Positions 1 to 12,628 of a stretch of 64,000 nt of DNA are shown here, in pieces. The stretch lies in the NCBI GenBank assembly GCA_964270895.1, contig OZ185437.1, one strand, 5' to 3'. The first letter of the stretch is position 1; every line of letters starts with the position of its first letter. The translations under genes and the position numbers were made by a program. The DNA is from Podarcis filfolensis. Lineage: Eukaryota. A model generated the notes under the pieces. It worked only from the letters and a program-made list of their open reading frames with translations, was not told the DNA's origin and searched no databases.

Positions 1-758
1 TGGAGCTGGGTGTTCCTTACTGCTTGGCTCTGACGGACCATAATAGATGAGTGGAGAAGAGAAAGCTTGGTCTTTAATTCACCTTAAGATGGAATCTGCA
101 GAGTAAAGATCTTGCTGGGAACTTCAGAACTACTCTTGCAAATCACATTAAAATGTCATGCAACATGAGGTACATGGCAGCATATCTGAGGCCACGTATG
201 TCCATTTTGTTTCTGCTTCTCATTTTTCCAATCTTAAATTCAATTCCCTACATTTCTGCAGCAATTTGCGATTATTTTTAAATCCTCACAAACATGCACC
301 AGCATTTTTGTGTGAATTTCCCATGTCACATTTTTGTATGCAGTGTTCACATTCTTGCAAAAAAATGAAATGCATTTTTGTATGGTTTTTTTTTTGCCCA
401 GTTAATCTGTATGTACACTTTCCTCTAATATATGCATTTTTGCAAACATGGGTTGGAGAACTGCTTTGCATAATTCGGATAAGTGTGAATTTCCGAGGCT
501 AGCTGGGTTTCCATTCTCATATCGTTTTGGGGAAAGCAATTTTTATAGATCTGCCTTTATGTACGAACTGAATTGAATTTCACTCCATCCCTGTTGCACA
601 CACACCTCTTTCCATCCCGGCAAGCAAAAGGTATTATCAGAACTCAATGACACATTCCAGTCGGGCAAAAGCTCATGAGAGCTAATGAGGGATGTGGCCC
701 AAGGACTGGACAGAGAGATCTGGAGGGCCTCATGCAATTCCCTACCCCTATTCTAGAC

Positions 759-1013
759 CAGGGGTCAGCAAACTTTTTCAGCAGGGGGCCAGCCAATTTT
801 CCCACAGACCTTGTGGGGGGTCAGACTATATTTTGGAAAGAAAAAAAAATGAACCAATTCCTATGCCCCACAAATAACCCAGAGATGCATTTTAAATGAA
901 AGCACACATTCTATTCATGTAAAAACACGCTGATTCCCGGACCATCCGCGGGCCAGATTGAGAAGGCAATTGGGCCGGATCTGGCCCCCGGCCCTTACGG
1001 TTTCCTACCCCTG
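759..1013. mobile_element. Non-autonomous hAT (Charlie-like) DNA transposon
   Basis: TIRs CAGGGGTCAGCAAAC / GGTTTCCTACCCCTG; 8-bp TSD TTCTAGAC (751-758) / ATCTAGAC (1014-1021). Confidence 0.85.
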
Positions 1014-1618
1014 ATCTAGACAGCTTACCAGCTACTCTTGTGGCCTGTCACAGGGCTGCAGGTAAAACACAGCATATACCAAAAAAAAAAAAAAAACCCC
1101 ACATATTTCCCTAGAAAACTAGTGGTGTCAGGGCAAAAGCACCTCATTTGATTTTCTCCCTAACATGGCTAATTTTCTGTGTGTAGCGTGATAGTTTCTT
1201 CGTTCAGGAGGCATCTGCATTCCTTTACATGTAGTCCAAAATGGTGCAGCATGAGAACAATTTTACTATTTGATGAACTTTTTGTCTCCTTGAGGCCTTA
1301 CCACTCTACCAAGTCTATTTTGCCACTCAACAAAAATTCAACTGCACAAATCTTTTATAAAGAGGACCAGATGGAAACTTCAGCTCAATTATTGTAACTG
1401 ACGTTTGCATAAGCAAGTATCAGATAGCCGAGACCAATTACATTATTTTAAAAGGCTTATAAAGGCAAAGACAGGGAAGAAAGGGATTTAATATTATTCA
1501 GTGTCACATTACATTTCTGGGAGAGAAATTTGGTTTTTAGGCATTAAGCAGTTTTACTCTGATAGAACTTTATTTGCATAAAAACAGAAGTGTAAAACGG
1601 CTTGTCAGCACTTTACAG

Positions 1619-1755
1619 CAGGGGCGGGAACTTTTGGCCCTCTATGTGTTGTTGAACTGCAACTCCCATCAGCTCCAGCAAGCATGACCCATGACTAGGG
1701 ATGGTAGGAGTTGTAGTTCAGCGACATCTGGAAGGCCAAAGGCTCTCCATACCTG
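1619..1755. mobile_element. Palindromic ~140-bp hAT-like MITE; related degenerate copies at ~30910-31042 and ~53365-53440
   Basis: CAGGG...CCTG ends; internal inverted ACTGCAACTCCCATC / GGAGTTGTAGTT. Confidence 0.7.
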
Positions 1756-3866
1756 AACTCAGGAGAAAAGAAAGAAAATCTAAGAAAGTCAAAGTTAAAT
1801 GAGCACAGCCAAAATAAAATTAAAGTTAAGTGCTTAACTTTGTTTGGATCAGGTTCTAAATATTTACTAATAAATTTGTGGCAGTCTGGTATCCCATTAT
1901 TTCCTTTGCCAATGATGATAACTCAGTTGGAAGACTGTCCTTGACCGTTCTCTGTTTTTGGTCTGATGCTTTGCCTTGTATTTCTCCGCACCCTGGCAGT
2001 CTAAACGTAGCCAAGGCAGCTTAAAACCCTGTTCCTTTTCCTACTGTAAAATAAGCAGATGTGGATGTCTGTTATTCATATAGACATACACAGGTTTTTG
2101 TATAATAATCAATTGTTTTTATCCATGAGTTACTCTGGAGTTTCACACTGGCAGTGTCCCAATGTCCCACCAAAGGGAGGCAATGGTTCGAGCAAGGGGA
2201 GGAGTCAGTACTTTCTGGTTCCTTAGACAGACAGGGCAACACAAAAGTCAGAACCATGGATAGAGATCAAGGTGTGACTCCAGCACCATGGACAGTGCTC
2301 CTGAAGCTGAAGTGAAACATCCCATTGTCTCAGATGCTGGAGCAACTGGCTGAGTTTCATAGCAGGCATAGCCAGTCATTCACTGCCTCCTAACCATTTC
2401 TGGTGCCTTCTTCTGCAACTGTTGACTCCTTTGAGGTAATGGGGTTTTCAGGGCTTGGGATCTCTCCTCAGGGAGTCTGTGGACTGGCCTTCAATATAAC
2501 CTTAGGGCTCAGCAGAGGAGAATAAAGCTCCAATGTCCAGAGATACGTATGGAATAGACCAGGGCATGGAACCATCACCTTCAATTAAAAAGTTTTCATT
2601 TCAGTTGCTATTATGGATATGAATGGATAGCCAGGTTCTCTTACCTTCTTGGTAGCTCTGTACATAGCAAAAGACTCCACATCTATGCACAATAGAGAAT
2701 GGGTTTATCTCTCGCGAACATTTTAAAAAAACATTTCTATTGAGTCTCTGCATACTAAAAATACACCCTTTGGTTTTGGGCTTTTATGCATGAATTGGCC
2801 CTCTCAGTGGACTTGATTCTCATACAGGGCTCAGAACCTAGATTCAGTTTGCAGTGCCCTCCAATGTGTAAAAAGAATGCCTTGAAACTTGTACATTTCT
2901 TCACATTCAAGCTTTAACCCAGAATGTGTTGATTTAGGAGCTCTAGCATTTTCCAGAAATGAATTGTTAGGGTTCTGCGGCTCTGACCATTTTACACACT
3001 ATCATGGTCGCACTTTTTCAAATATCACTTTCTTGAGTTTAGTTTTCTCATATTGCGACTTAATTGTTACACAGGCATAAGCCTTTCTCACATGGCCATG
3101 ATCAATATCCCTGTGTAAAAGTAGTTTGCACAGAACTCAGGGATATTGTGCTGTAATTTTCACCTGTTGGGAAGAATCCATATCCTGGAAAAGCGACATC
3201 TATGCCCTGAGATTTAAAGAAATCACTATGAGGCCTCTTACTGCAATCTCTCTTTGACATATTTCATACAGAGTTTTTCCTGTCGTGCTAGGTGGCAGGT
3301 TCAGTCTTGTTAAAAAGCGGCATGAGATAAGCTCTTGGAAATCAATTAAATTGTGATTTTCTATGGAGCAATGTAGACCTCTCCTGCTCGATTGTTTGTT
3401 CTGCTCTGTCCCTATCAGATCAGCTTGAAGTGGTTTCCAGTGACTTTGCACGAGAGGCTAGAATAAAATGTCTGCATATATAAATAACTGATTTGCCTCC
3501 TTGCTGTGCTGTTATCAGGTATGTAAATGTATGTCATATTCAGCTATTTGAGCAAACAGGTCTCATCATTTCTATCTCACTGAATTACAGGTAAATAATG
3601 TCTGGACAGCATACTAAACCAAACCATGCCTTAGTGCAAACAAGCAGGTTCTCAAACTGCCAATCATGGCCATAGCACTTTCCCCATAATCTTGCTGCTG
3701 CCTTAACCCAGGGCTAAGCCGTGGTTTGGTTCAGCATCGCATCTGAATGGGGGCTTGCAGTTTGTCTGGGGGAGACGAGCCTGGGTTCAGGTGTATTATT
3801 ATTGCTATTATTCATTTCATTTCTAGACCACTTAATATTTTAGAGGGGAAAATCACGAAGCAGTTT

Positions 3867-4203
3867 AAGGTAAAGGTAAACGGACCCCTGACCATTAGGT
3901 CCGGTCGTGACCGACTCTGGGGTTGCGGCGCTCATCTTGCTTTATTGGCCGAGGGAGCCGGCGTACAGCTTCCGGGTCATGTGGCTAGCATGACTAAGCC
4001 GCTTCTGGCGAACCAGAGCAGCACACGGAAACGCCGTTTACCTTCCCGCTGGAGCAGTACCTATTTGTCTACTTGCACTTTGACGTGCTTTCGAACTGCT
4101 AGGTTGGCAGGAGCAGGGACCAAGCAACGGGAGCTCACTCCGTCGTGGGGATTCAAACTGCCGACCTTCTGATCAGCAAGTCCTAGGCTCTGTGGTTTAA
4201 CCC
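3867..4203 (-). mobile_element. Sauria SINE, near full length
   Basis: (AAAGGT)n = reverse complement of the ACCTTT tail; typical body; tRNA-like B box at the far end. Confidence 0.9.
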
Positions 4204-4734
4204 AACACATTAAAACATTGAATACAGCAATCCAGAATAAAACATTACTGAAAAAAATCAGATATAAAGTATACCCTCAAAGCGACATAATTTACAGGAA
4301 ACTAAAATATTATCTTAAAGATTTCAAAATGAAACATTACAAAGGAGGTAAACTACTGAATGCACACTTAAGTTAAGAAAAGTTAAGAAAAAATATCTTT
4401 AAAACATTTAAAAGGATCCTGGGAACGTTAGTTTGAGGGGCCTGGGAATTGTAGCTCTGAGGGGGAAAGTACACTTCCCATTATTCTTTGGGAGAAGTCA
4501 TGTCCTTTAAATGTGTGTTGTATATGCTTTCAGTGTTTGGTATGGCTCTGCCCTTAGTTGCTTTCGGTGAATAATGAATTACTGAAATATGTCACTCTGA
4601 AAGACTGAATATTTTGTAGTCTCTTACTGCCACCTTATGTGATTTCTTGCCATTGCATATAATGAACTTTATTTCCCCATCCTAGTCAGTTGTTTTTAGG
4701 GTGACCAGATAAGTGACAGGACAGGTCTTCTGTA

Positions 4735-4880
4735 CTGTGGCACAAATGGTCAGTGTCTGGTTGTTAGCCAGAAGGTTGGTGGTTTGAGCCCACCCAGGGA
4801 AGGACGTGGGCTGGACTCCTGCACTGCAGGCAATTGGAGTAGATGACCCTTGGGGTCCCTTTCCATTCTACAATTTAAGA
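4735..4880 (+). mobile_element. Degenerate tRNA-derived SINE with CR1-like tail
   Basis: GGTTTGAGCCC B-box-like motif; tail gatgacccttggggtccctttccattctacaatt, same type as 38776-38929. Confidence 0.65.
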
Positions 4881-7134
4881 GGGAATTACAGCAGCTGCAT
4901 CTTTTCTCAAAACGTACGGCAGTATGACACAATAGATTCTTGTCTTCCAAATTTACAGTGCCCAACTTCTGTCCTCTCTATTCTTCTGGGAGGAGTACAA
5001 GCGCCAGTAGTATACTTTGTCCTTTGTGGACAGTCAGACTCAAAAGTAAATTCAAAGCACATAGACACAGTAAAATCACAGTTGTGGAGCACATTATGCA
5101 CAAGATTCAAAATAAAATGCATCAATATCTGACTATCATGCCACTTCTGAAATCGTTTTCACTGTATAAGGGAAACTGTAAGTGATATTTTTACAGAAAT
5201 TTAAAAGTTTAGTAGACCATAGAAGACTAAGTTTCTATTTGCTCCTAATTCACAAGTTAGCAGGTATGGCATTTGATAAAATCAGTGTTCTTGAGGGGAA
5301 TACCTTTGAAAATAATAAAATTCATTTCAGACTTCAATAATTGACTTAATGCTTTTGTTAAGAAATTGCTAGCATAGTTAACTGGCCTGGCTAAATAAGT
5401 AAACTTGCATATGCAATATTAACTGTTGTTTCAGCATATGCAATCGGTATGTAGGGTTCATCCAGACTGTGATTCCGCCCCCCCCCCCCCAGGTATATTC
5501 TACAAGTTGTTATTGATACAATAATAGTGCGTTAGTGGTGGATTTATTTGGGACTGCAGCACTTAATTCCACTTCATTAGTTCCGATATGCTCTTCCAAT
5601 GCACAATAGCACAAAAAGTGGGACAAAACAAACACCCTGGAATGTTTTTTTTTTGGGGGGGGAAGGGACGAGTTTTAGCAGGAAGATAAAAGACACACTA
5701 ATTACAATGAAGCAGTATGTTTATCTCAAAACTTTTGCATGTGCAAACAGTACTGAAAGCCGGATTGTGTGTAACCACCCCAATAACATCGTGAACACAA
5801 TGCACAATAAAATGATTTATTTGAAAATTATTTATTGAACAATGCACAATAACATAATTTATTTTAATGCACTAACATAAATAAAAAAAATTAAATTACT
5901 GAAACCTTTGGGTACAACCACTTTTTAAATTATATATTTTAAAAAGATTTTTATACTTTGAATTTGTATTTACTAAACTATATAACAATCTGATACATGC
6001 CTTTAGCCTGGGATCTAATGTGTGCAGTGGTAAAAATCACAAATTATTCCCTCTATCTGCAACAACCCTTTCTGGTAAGTATGCCAAGAAGCAAATTTTC
6101 AGCCAAAGGTCTTTTGATAAGAATAAAGTGAAAATAAAATCAATTTTGCTGTTGGCTGTGGTGATTCATAGTAATTAAAGCTGAAAGCACAACAAAGCTT
6201 AGGTCATCAGTATAACAAAGTCAACAAAGCTTCACATTCAGGGCATCTCTGCAATTGCAATCTTGTTATTATTTCCAAACAATCATAAACTAGCTCATTT
6301 TTTCTTTAATATGCTGGTCGCAAACATTCTCAGGCATTTTCTTATCCCCAAAGCAAAATGCAGGTCAGATTTGTATTGATTTTACTGAAATGAACTGAAA
6401 TCTCTTCTTCTTAAACACACTTCAGTGATCACTCTAAATGACAGTGCAATCAAATGAACACTGCACATTGGATAAGCATTCTTCCTGTCTGTCTGTAGCA
6501 TGTGAGTGACTGCTGAATCTGCTACTGGAAGCACCAGAGTCAGGTGTTTTAAATTTGCCCTCAACAGCAAAATCTGGTCATTAATTGAGATGTATATATG
6601 TATTTCTAAATCACCAGACAGCCCAGCTGAATGGAGGTGTTGAAGAAATGGGAGAGATTACTTTCCATTAGCAAAAGCTTCCCAATGCACATGCCCAACA
6701 AAATCATCCTACAGGTCCTACATTCAACTGATGCATAATGCAAGACTGACGTGAGCCCCTCTCTTCCACCACAAACTGATTTGAGGAGAAACTGCGCAAA
6801 CCAGGTTTCTGTGGGTTTAACTAGCAAGGAGAGCTTTATTAGACTGCACTTGTGCTCATTTATTATTATTAATAATAATAATTGCATCTTATATCCATTC
6901 TTCCTCCTGCTGGAGCCGATGCTTACGTTTAGGATCTGCTTGTAAAACCAACTTGAAAATGTGCTTTTTCAAATTGTGTAAAAAAAAGATTCTAACAGAA
7001 GAGTCCTAAACACATCTTTGTAGAAGTCCTCTTGAAGTCAGTGGGATTCACTCTCAGGTAAGTGGGGTTAGGACTAGAGCCTAATTCAGTTCTTTAAGAT
7101 AGGGGTTATGGAATCAAAGAAATGTACACCCAGT

Positions 7135-7440
7135 GATGGTGATGATGATGATGATGATTTATTTATACCCCGCCCATCTGGCTGGATTTCCCCAGGCACT
7201 CTGGGCGGCTACCAGCAGAATATTTAAAATACGATAAAAAAATCAAACATTAAAAACTTCCCTAAACAGGGCTGCCTTCAGATGTCTTTTAAAAGTCAGA
7301 TAGCTGTTTATTTCCTTGACATCTGATGGGAGGGCATTCCACAGGGCAGGCACCACTACCGAGAAGGACCTCTGCCTGGATCCCTGTAACCTCACTTCTC
7401 GTAGGGAGGGAATCACCAGAAGGTCCTCGGAGCTGCACCT
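7135..7440 (-). mobile_element. L2-clade LINE 3' fragment
   Basis: (GAT)n tail; reverse complement is similar to the copies at 40632 and 60669 (AFSVV...LW C-terminal ORF2 motif). Confidence 0.8.
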
Positions 7441-7462
7441 AAATGAAGTGACTGAGTTTTTA

Positions 7463-7685
7463 CAGTGGTACCTCGGGTTAAGTACTTAATTCGTTCTGGA
7501 GGTCTGTTCTTAACCTGAAACTGTTCTTAACCTGAAGCACTTTAGCTAATGGGGCCTCCTGCTGCCGCTGTGCCGCCGGAGCCCAATTTCTGTTCTCATC
7601 CTGAAGCAAAGTTCTTAACCCGGGGTACTATTTCTGGGTTAGCGGAGTGTGTAACCTGAAGCATATGTAACCCGAGGTACCACTG
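7463..7685. mobile_element. Tc1/mariner (Tigger/pogo-like) MITE
   Basis: TIR CAGTGGTACCTCGGGTTA at both ends; TA TSD. Confidence 0.9.
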
Positions 7686-8029
7686 TATTTCAGTTCACTC
7701 CATGTGAAAATACAGAGATGGTTTAAGCTTATGCGTAACAAGCCTCATACAGTTAGACGGGCTTTTCCAGCACGTAAGTAAGCAAACATGCCTTGCTTTT
7801 GCTTGGTATTTTCATTTCTAAAACGTCGCCAAAGAAGTTCAAGATGTGAAAGGGTGCATGTGCAGGTGAGTTTTCTCCCGTGTTGTTTTCTTGGAATCGA
7901 GCTAACGCTGCTTGGAGAGAAAACTACCAACTTATTCTCTAAGGACACTTCACGTAGAGAGAGAGAGAGAGAATTAAAAAACTCGATTTAGCTGCTTAAG
8001 GGAACTCGCAGCTTCGAAGCGCCCAAGCT

Positions 8030-8640
8030 CCGAGCGCTCAAACTGAACAGGGTAGCGGGTTCCCTCGGCAAAACAAAGCAGCGCACCTCGGCGGGCGTCA
8101 CGTGAACGGGAAGACGGCGCTACGAACCCTGGGACGCCGCGCTCCCAAGCGCCGAGGTGCGCCTCTCCCGACAGGGGGACGCCGGATAGGCCACGTGACG
8201 CGGCCGCTTCCAGAACTACATCCCCCGTGATGCTTTGGGCGCTCAGGGCTCCGTTGCCATGGCGCCTTAGCGGTCTCCTTTCTCCAACTCCCTCGGGATG
8301 CCGTTACCGCCGCTTTCTCCAGCCCGGGTGTTTGCCGAGCTGGTCCCTCCGCCCGCCGGGGGGGACAACAGCCGGGAGAATGAAGTCCCGAGGCCGCCGG
8401 GGAGGGAAGTTCACGTCAGCGGCACCTCGGAGCTCAGCGCTAGGCCGGACCGGGCGAAAGTCACCGTTTACCTGAAGAGCAAGAAAGGAGAGGCCGGAGC
8501 GGCGCGGAGCAGCGTCACTCGGAGGCTGGATTATGTCGCCCAGAGCGCCCGGCAGCGCGGAGGAATCTTGGTGGGTTGGAGGGCGAGAAGGAGAGCCGAC
8601 CCACCTCGCGCATGCGCGCAGCTCAACGGCTTTCTCTGTG
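8030..8640 (+). promoter_or_regulatory. CpG island / IRAK1BP1 promoter and exon 1
   Basis: The only strongly CpG-rich block in the window. Contains E-boxes CACGTG (8097-8106, 8190-8199), a ZNF143-like ACTACA-TCCCC motif (8215-8233), an X-box-like motif (8253-8266) and an NRF1 palindrome CGCGCATGCGCG (8607-8618). Confidence 0.85.
8298..8570 (+). CDS. IRAK1BP1: IRAK1BP1 exon 1 (coding part)
   Basis: ATG 8298 to ...QRGGIL; donor TTG|GTGGGT, phase 0. Confidence 0.9.
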
Positions 8641-11600
8641 GCTACACCACATCACCACCAGCTTCTGCACCGGAAAAGCTTTCGCTCTTTCTTATAGTTT
8701 GGTGGGAGGGGTGGGCCGCTTGGAACCCTAGAGATATCCTCAACACTACTGACCTGATGGGAGCCGAGCTGCAACACATGGAGGGGCAGTGGTTCCACAC
8801 CATAGAAGCATTCAAACGGATCAAAACCAGTGCAGTTGGATGATTAGGCTAGAGAGGAAACCCTTGTCTACAAGCCCAAGTTTATTGTGTGTTTCCTGAT
8901 TGTGTATTTGCTGCATTTCCATCCTGCCCTACTGTCAGTGAACTCAAGGCTGCACACAGGTTGCTTAGATGACAAACAGGTTTAAAAATTGCTCTATGTA
9001 TTTAATACAATGAGATATATTTACGGAGTAACAGGCTGGATGATAAATAATTTCATGCTCTACTTAGGATGGGTTAACAGTTGTGGGTGAAGACAAGATT
9101 TACTCATCTATGCTAAGCTGGATTTATTTTTTACTTTTACCTTGAAATAGTGTACCTTGAACTCTGCTGCATTGCTTAGTACTAGTTAAGCAACCATAAT
9201 GTCACCGAAAAGCATTCTCTTCCATAGTTTTGTACTTAAAGCTGTTGTGTTTTTTTTTTCTAGGAGAACGACATGACTGTGACAAAGAACTTTAGTAGAA
9301 TAGACAATTTGTATAAGATGGAAGCAGAGGCAAGTGTCTTAAGTATGAGTATTGGTCATGTGTCTCAAATACCATTTATATATATATATCTTGAGCATTA
9401 AACAAGAAATGTGAAACTATGTCCTAATATGCTTTTCTGCTCAAGGGTGAAAATGGTTCCACACTCATACATTACAGTATTACTGCTTGTGGTTATTTAT
9501 ATATTATCTTTTTTGCCATCCTACTCCTGAAGTATTTTCCTGCAATACCATCTTAATAGCCTTACAAAACTATGTCAGCATCACAACACACTTGATAATG
9601 AGGTACTGGTGTAGTTATTTATGGAAGCAGAAATTGAAACATCTACCAAATTTACAATCCAATCCTCAAAACATTCATATTGAAACTAAGAAAAGCTTTA
9701 TTTATGTGAATTGTGTTTAGAATTGCAGCCTTGGATCTAGGCATCAATCCCATACATGCTTATCTGGAAGTCTTATTGAACACAGTGTAGGGTAGTAAAA
9801 ACCTGGACACCCCAAAAGTTGTTGAGCTTTTTTTTTTTAGGAAGGTCCAAAAGTTTGCTTTTTTAAAGGAAGATACTGAAATTGTTGAGCTTTTTACATA
9901 AACGCCAAGATGTCAATTCCAGACGTTTGACATCCCTAAGACAACGGGACTTCTCATGCAGGATTGAATTGTCTTAAAATATTAGGAGCATGTTGATGTG
10001 CGGTTATAAACCAGGGGTTAATATTAATTTCCTGAATGTCTTTCCAATTCTGCAAATTCATTGCTTCTCCATAGTTGGTTCTACAAAATGATTGTCATTC
10101 TAAAAACTTGAATATGACAAAAATTGCCTGCTTTAATTCCATATAATAATGAGCATACAGATATGAGTATTTTTCATGTATTGCTGAAAGCTATGTAAGC
10201 CACATTGAGCAAAACTTCCTCTGTACAGAGGTAGCATATAAATGAAAGTATAATCTAATTTAGCTTTGTACAAAATGCATATTATAATTGATTTTGTATT
10301 ATTCATCTTTAGCCAATTTTTAGCTAAGGCACTAAAAAGGCTTGCAAATTTTTACATTCCCATATAGGTCTGCATTATATTCAGTGATTTCGGCAAAATG
10401 CAAGACGTTTGTAACTTCCTTGTTGAGAAGCTAGGTAGCTCTGTTATCATCAGCCCACCTCACTTTTACCATACAGTGGAGGCAGTAGATGCCCTTCGGT
10501 AAGTTATGTCTTCCTCCTTTTACCAGAAAGTTAGGTCTCGCTAGCTTGATTTACCAGTTCCATGCCTCTGGAAATCTGTTCTCTAATAAGTAGCCAAAGC
10601 TTCTATTTTGTTGACCAGTCCAAGAAAACAGCTGGTGGAATACACATGTTCATATAGATATGGCTCGTGCATAATAGTAAACCATTTATAAAATAAATGA
10701 TGGTTTAAATTGAATGTGCTAGTGCACACAGTTGGAAACTGCAGGTGTTTTACTTTTGTCCCGTTGCTGGAAAACAAGCTGTATTATGTAAGAATCCAAG
10801 CTCATCTTTTGTTTCCCCCAAATAAACCATGAACAGTAAACCAAGAACAAACATTGATTGCTACTCGTGACTTGGAGAGAAGCAGACCAGAAGCACTAAG
10901 CCAAGCCATGGCAGGAACAAATCCCCCATGAAAGAGGTTGATATAATATTAAAGTAGACAAAAAAACGAAACAAGGCTCCATATTCTTCTGAAGGTTCTA
11001 AATTGGAATGTATCATTAAGATGACAAATCATTCAGTCAAGCACCCCAATGCTGGTACATGAATAACCGTGAAATCCTGTACAGTCATACCTCGGGTTGC
11101 GAACACTGTGGGTTGCATGTTTTCGAGTTACGGACCACGGTGAACCCGGAAGTACCGGAACGGGTTACTTCCGGGTTTCAGCGCATGCAGATGCGCAGAA
11201 GCGCCAAATCATGTCATGCGCGACGCTGCGGGTTGCGAACGTGCCTCCCGCACAGATCACGTTCGCAACCCAAGGTTCCACTGTACTCTCAGTAAAGTGG
11301 GAACAGGATTGAAGCCTATGAGGAGGAGAAAGCCAGCCTAAGAAGAGATGAATTAAAATAAATGCAATCACATATATTTTGGCTTAGTTTCAGAGTTTTG
11401 CCTGTCTGGTATGGAAAGGTTGAAATGACAGTGCATGTATATAATAACCACTGGAAGACAGAAGTGCCTGGCGTGCTCTGGTCCATGGGGTCACGAAGAG
11501 TCGGACACGACTGAATGACTAAACAACAATAAGTATATAATAACACCACTGAAGTGTATAAAGGCCTTGATTCAGATCTGAAGCATAAAGAACTATTAAA

Positions 11601-12628
11601 CTGTTGAACGGCAGCAGCACGGTCTGTGAAAGCATGCAGTTGGTAAAACTTTCAAAGAGTGAATATAGATCAATGGTATCAAAGGGTAGGGCAGCTAACA
11701 CTTCATGCAAAACTACACAAAAGTTAAACGTTGCCTGTGGGAGAAAATTAAATACTTTTCCATTAGTTTGTTACATGTTTATTAACTGTTAACATATCAG
11801 AGCAGGGGAGATTCCACCACCAGCATACACCTCACTCTGGGCACAATGAGCTGGTTTTTGCTTTTTGCTCTGGAAAGAAAAGACAAATTAACTCTGTTCT
11901 GTGTGAGATCGGAACTTTATTTGCCTTTCTCAGCCTTTGACAAACTTACATTGGATTTCCAATCTGACATGGAACATGTGTGTTGTTATTTTTCACAACA
12001 ATGTAAACTGGTGGAGTGGGGGAAGGGGGTTAATTTAGTTGTTTAAGTTGCATAAATTTTAAATGTCGTAAAATGGGGGAGGGGATAACATCACTGAATA
12101 TATAGAGGCTGAAATCCTACACTGATACCTGGAATTAATCTCAATGAACTCAAAGTAACATACTTTTGGGTAGATCTGTATAGGATTGTACTGTTAGTTG
12201 CTTTGTGAAGGTCTTTCTCATTGAAAAGCAGAGTATACAGTGCTCAAAAGTAGGTACTACATTGGTTAACGGTTTTAATTGACACACTCCCTTTTTGTTG
12301 CTTTAATTAGCTAAATCTTCTCATTTGTCTTTGTTTTTTTTGCAGACGTCAGGTTTGTCTTGCTGCTGTTGGGAGTGCCCGGCAAAAAGCTCAAGAAGTT
12401 TGCCAGTTGCTTGGCCAGCCCCTTGGGAAGCCTTTGCTAATAAGGGAAGAGGAAGTGAAAGAGTGGGAGGGCCACCTCGAAAATCACTTGGCCAATGCCC
12501 CAGACTCACTGGGTTTGCAGCAGAGACTCCAGAGTGCCACCATCTATGTTTCCTCAAGGGTATATGCCGTTTTTGAAATAAAGGGGGAAAGGAAGAGAAA
12601 ACAAGCAGCTCACATAAATGTAAACTGA
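8298..12628 (+). CDS. IRAK1BP1: Interleukin-1 receptor-associated kinase 1-binding protein 1 (SIMPL), complete 4-exon gene, 250 aa; join(8298..8570,9264..9329,10368..10498,12346..12628)
   Basis: Spliced product (753 nt) MPLPPLSPARVFAELV...REVHVSGTSELSARPDRA...VCIIFSDFGKMQDVCNFLVEKL...LGKPLLIREEEVKEWEG... matches the recalled vertebrate SIMPL sequence. Exon phases are consistent. Tail-to-tail synteny with PHIP as in human. Confidence 0.96.
9264..9329 (+). CDS. IRAK1BP1: IRAK1BP1 exon 2
   Basis: ttttctag|ENDMTVTKNFSRIDNLYKMEAE|GCAAGT (GC donor), 66 nt. Confidence 0.9.
10368..10498 (+). CDS. IRAK1BP1: IRAK1BP1 exon 3
   Basis: catatag|VCIIFSDFGKMQ...AVDALR|GTAAGT, 131 nt. Confidence 0.94.
11082..11283. 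mobile_element. Tigger-like MITE (IRAK1BP1 intron 3)
   Basis: TA-CAGTCATACCTCGGGTTGCGAAC ... GTTCGCAACCCAAGGTTCCACTG-TA. Confidence 0.85.
11453..11530 (+). mobile_element. RTE-BovB LINE extreme 3' end
   Basis: gcctggcgtgctctggtccatggggtcacgaagagtcggacacgactgaatgactaaacaacaa; flanked by near-direct repeat gtatataataac(ac)cactg. Confidence 0.85.
12346..12628 (+). CDS. IRAK1BP1: IRAK1BP1 exon 4 (coding part)
   Basis: ttttgcag|RQVCLAAVGSARQKAQEVC...HINVN* (TGA). Confidence 0.94.

Noticed and set aside
3747-4172. 141-aa ORF
   Set aside because: Lies within a Sauria SINE; similar spurious ORFs occur in the other copies (e.g. 35589-35825)
1-8000. Additional protein-coding gene upstream of IRAK1BP1
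   Set aside because: Only short ORFs with no recognisable homology; the region consists of TEs and AT-rich intergenic DNA
8571-8843. C-terminal half of the 181-aa ORF 8298..8843
   Set aside because: Read-through into IRAK1BP1 intron 1; homology stops at the 8570 donor
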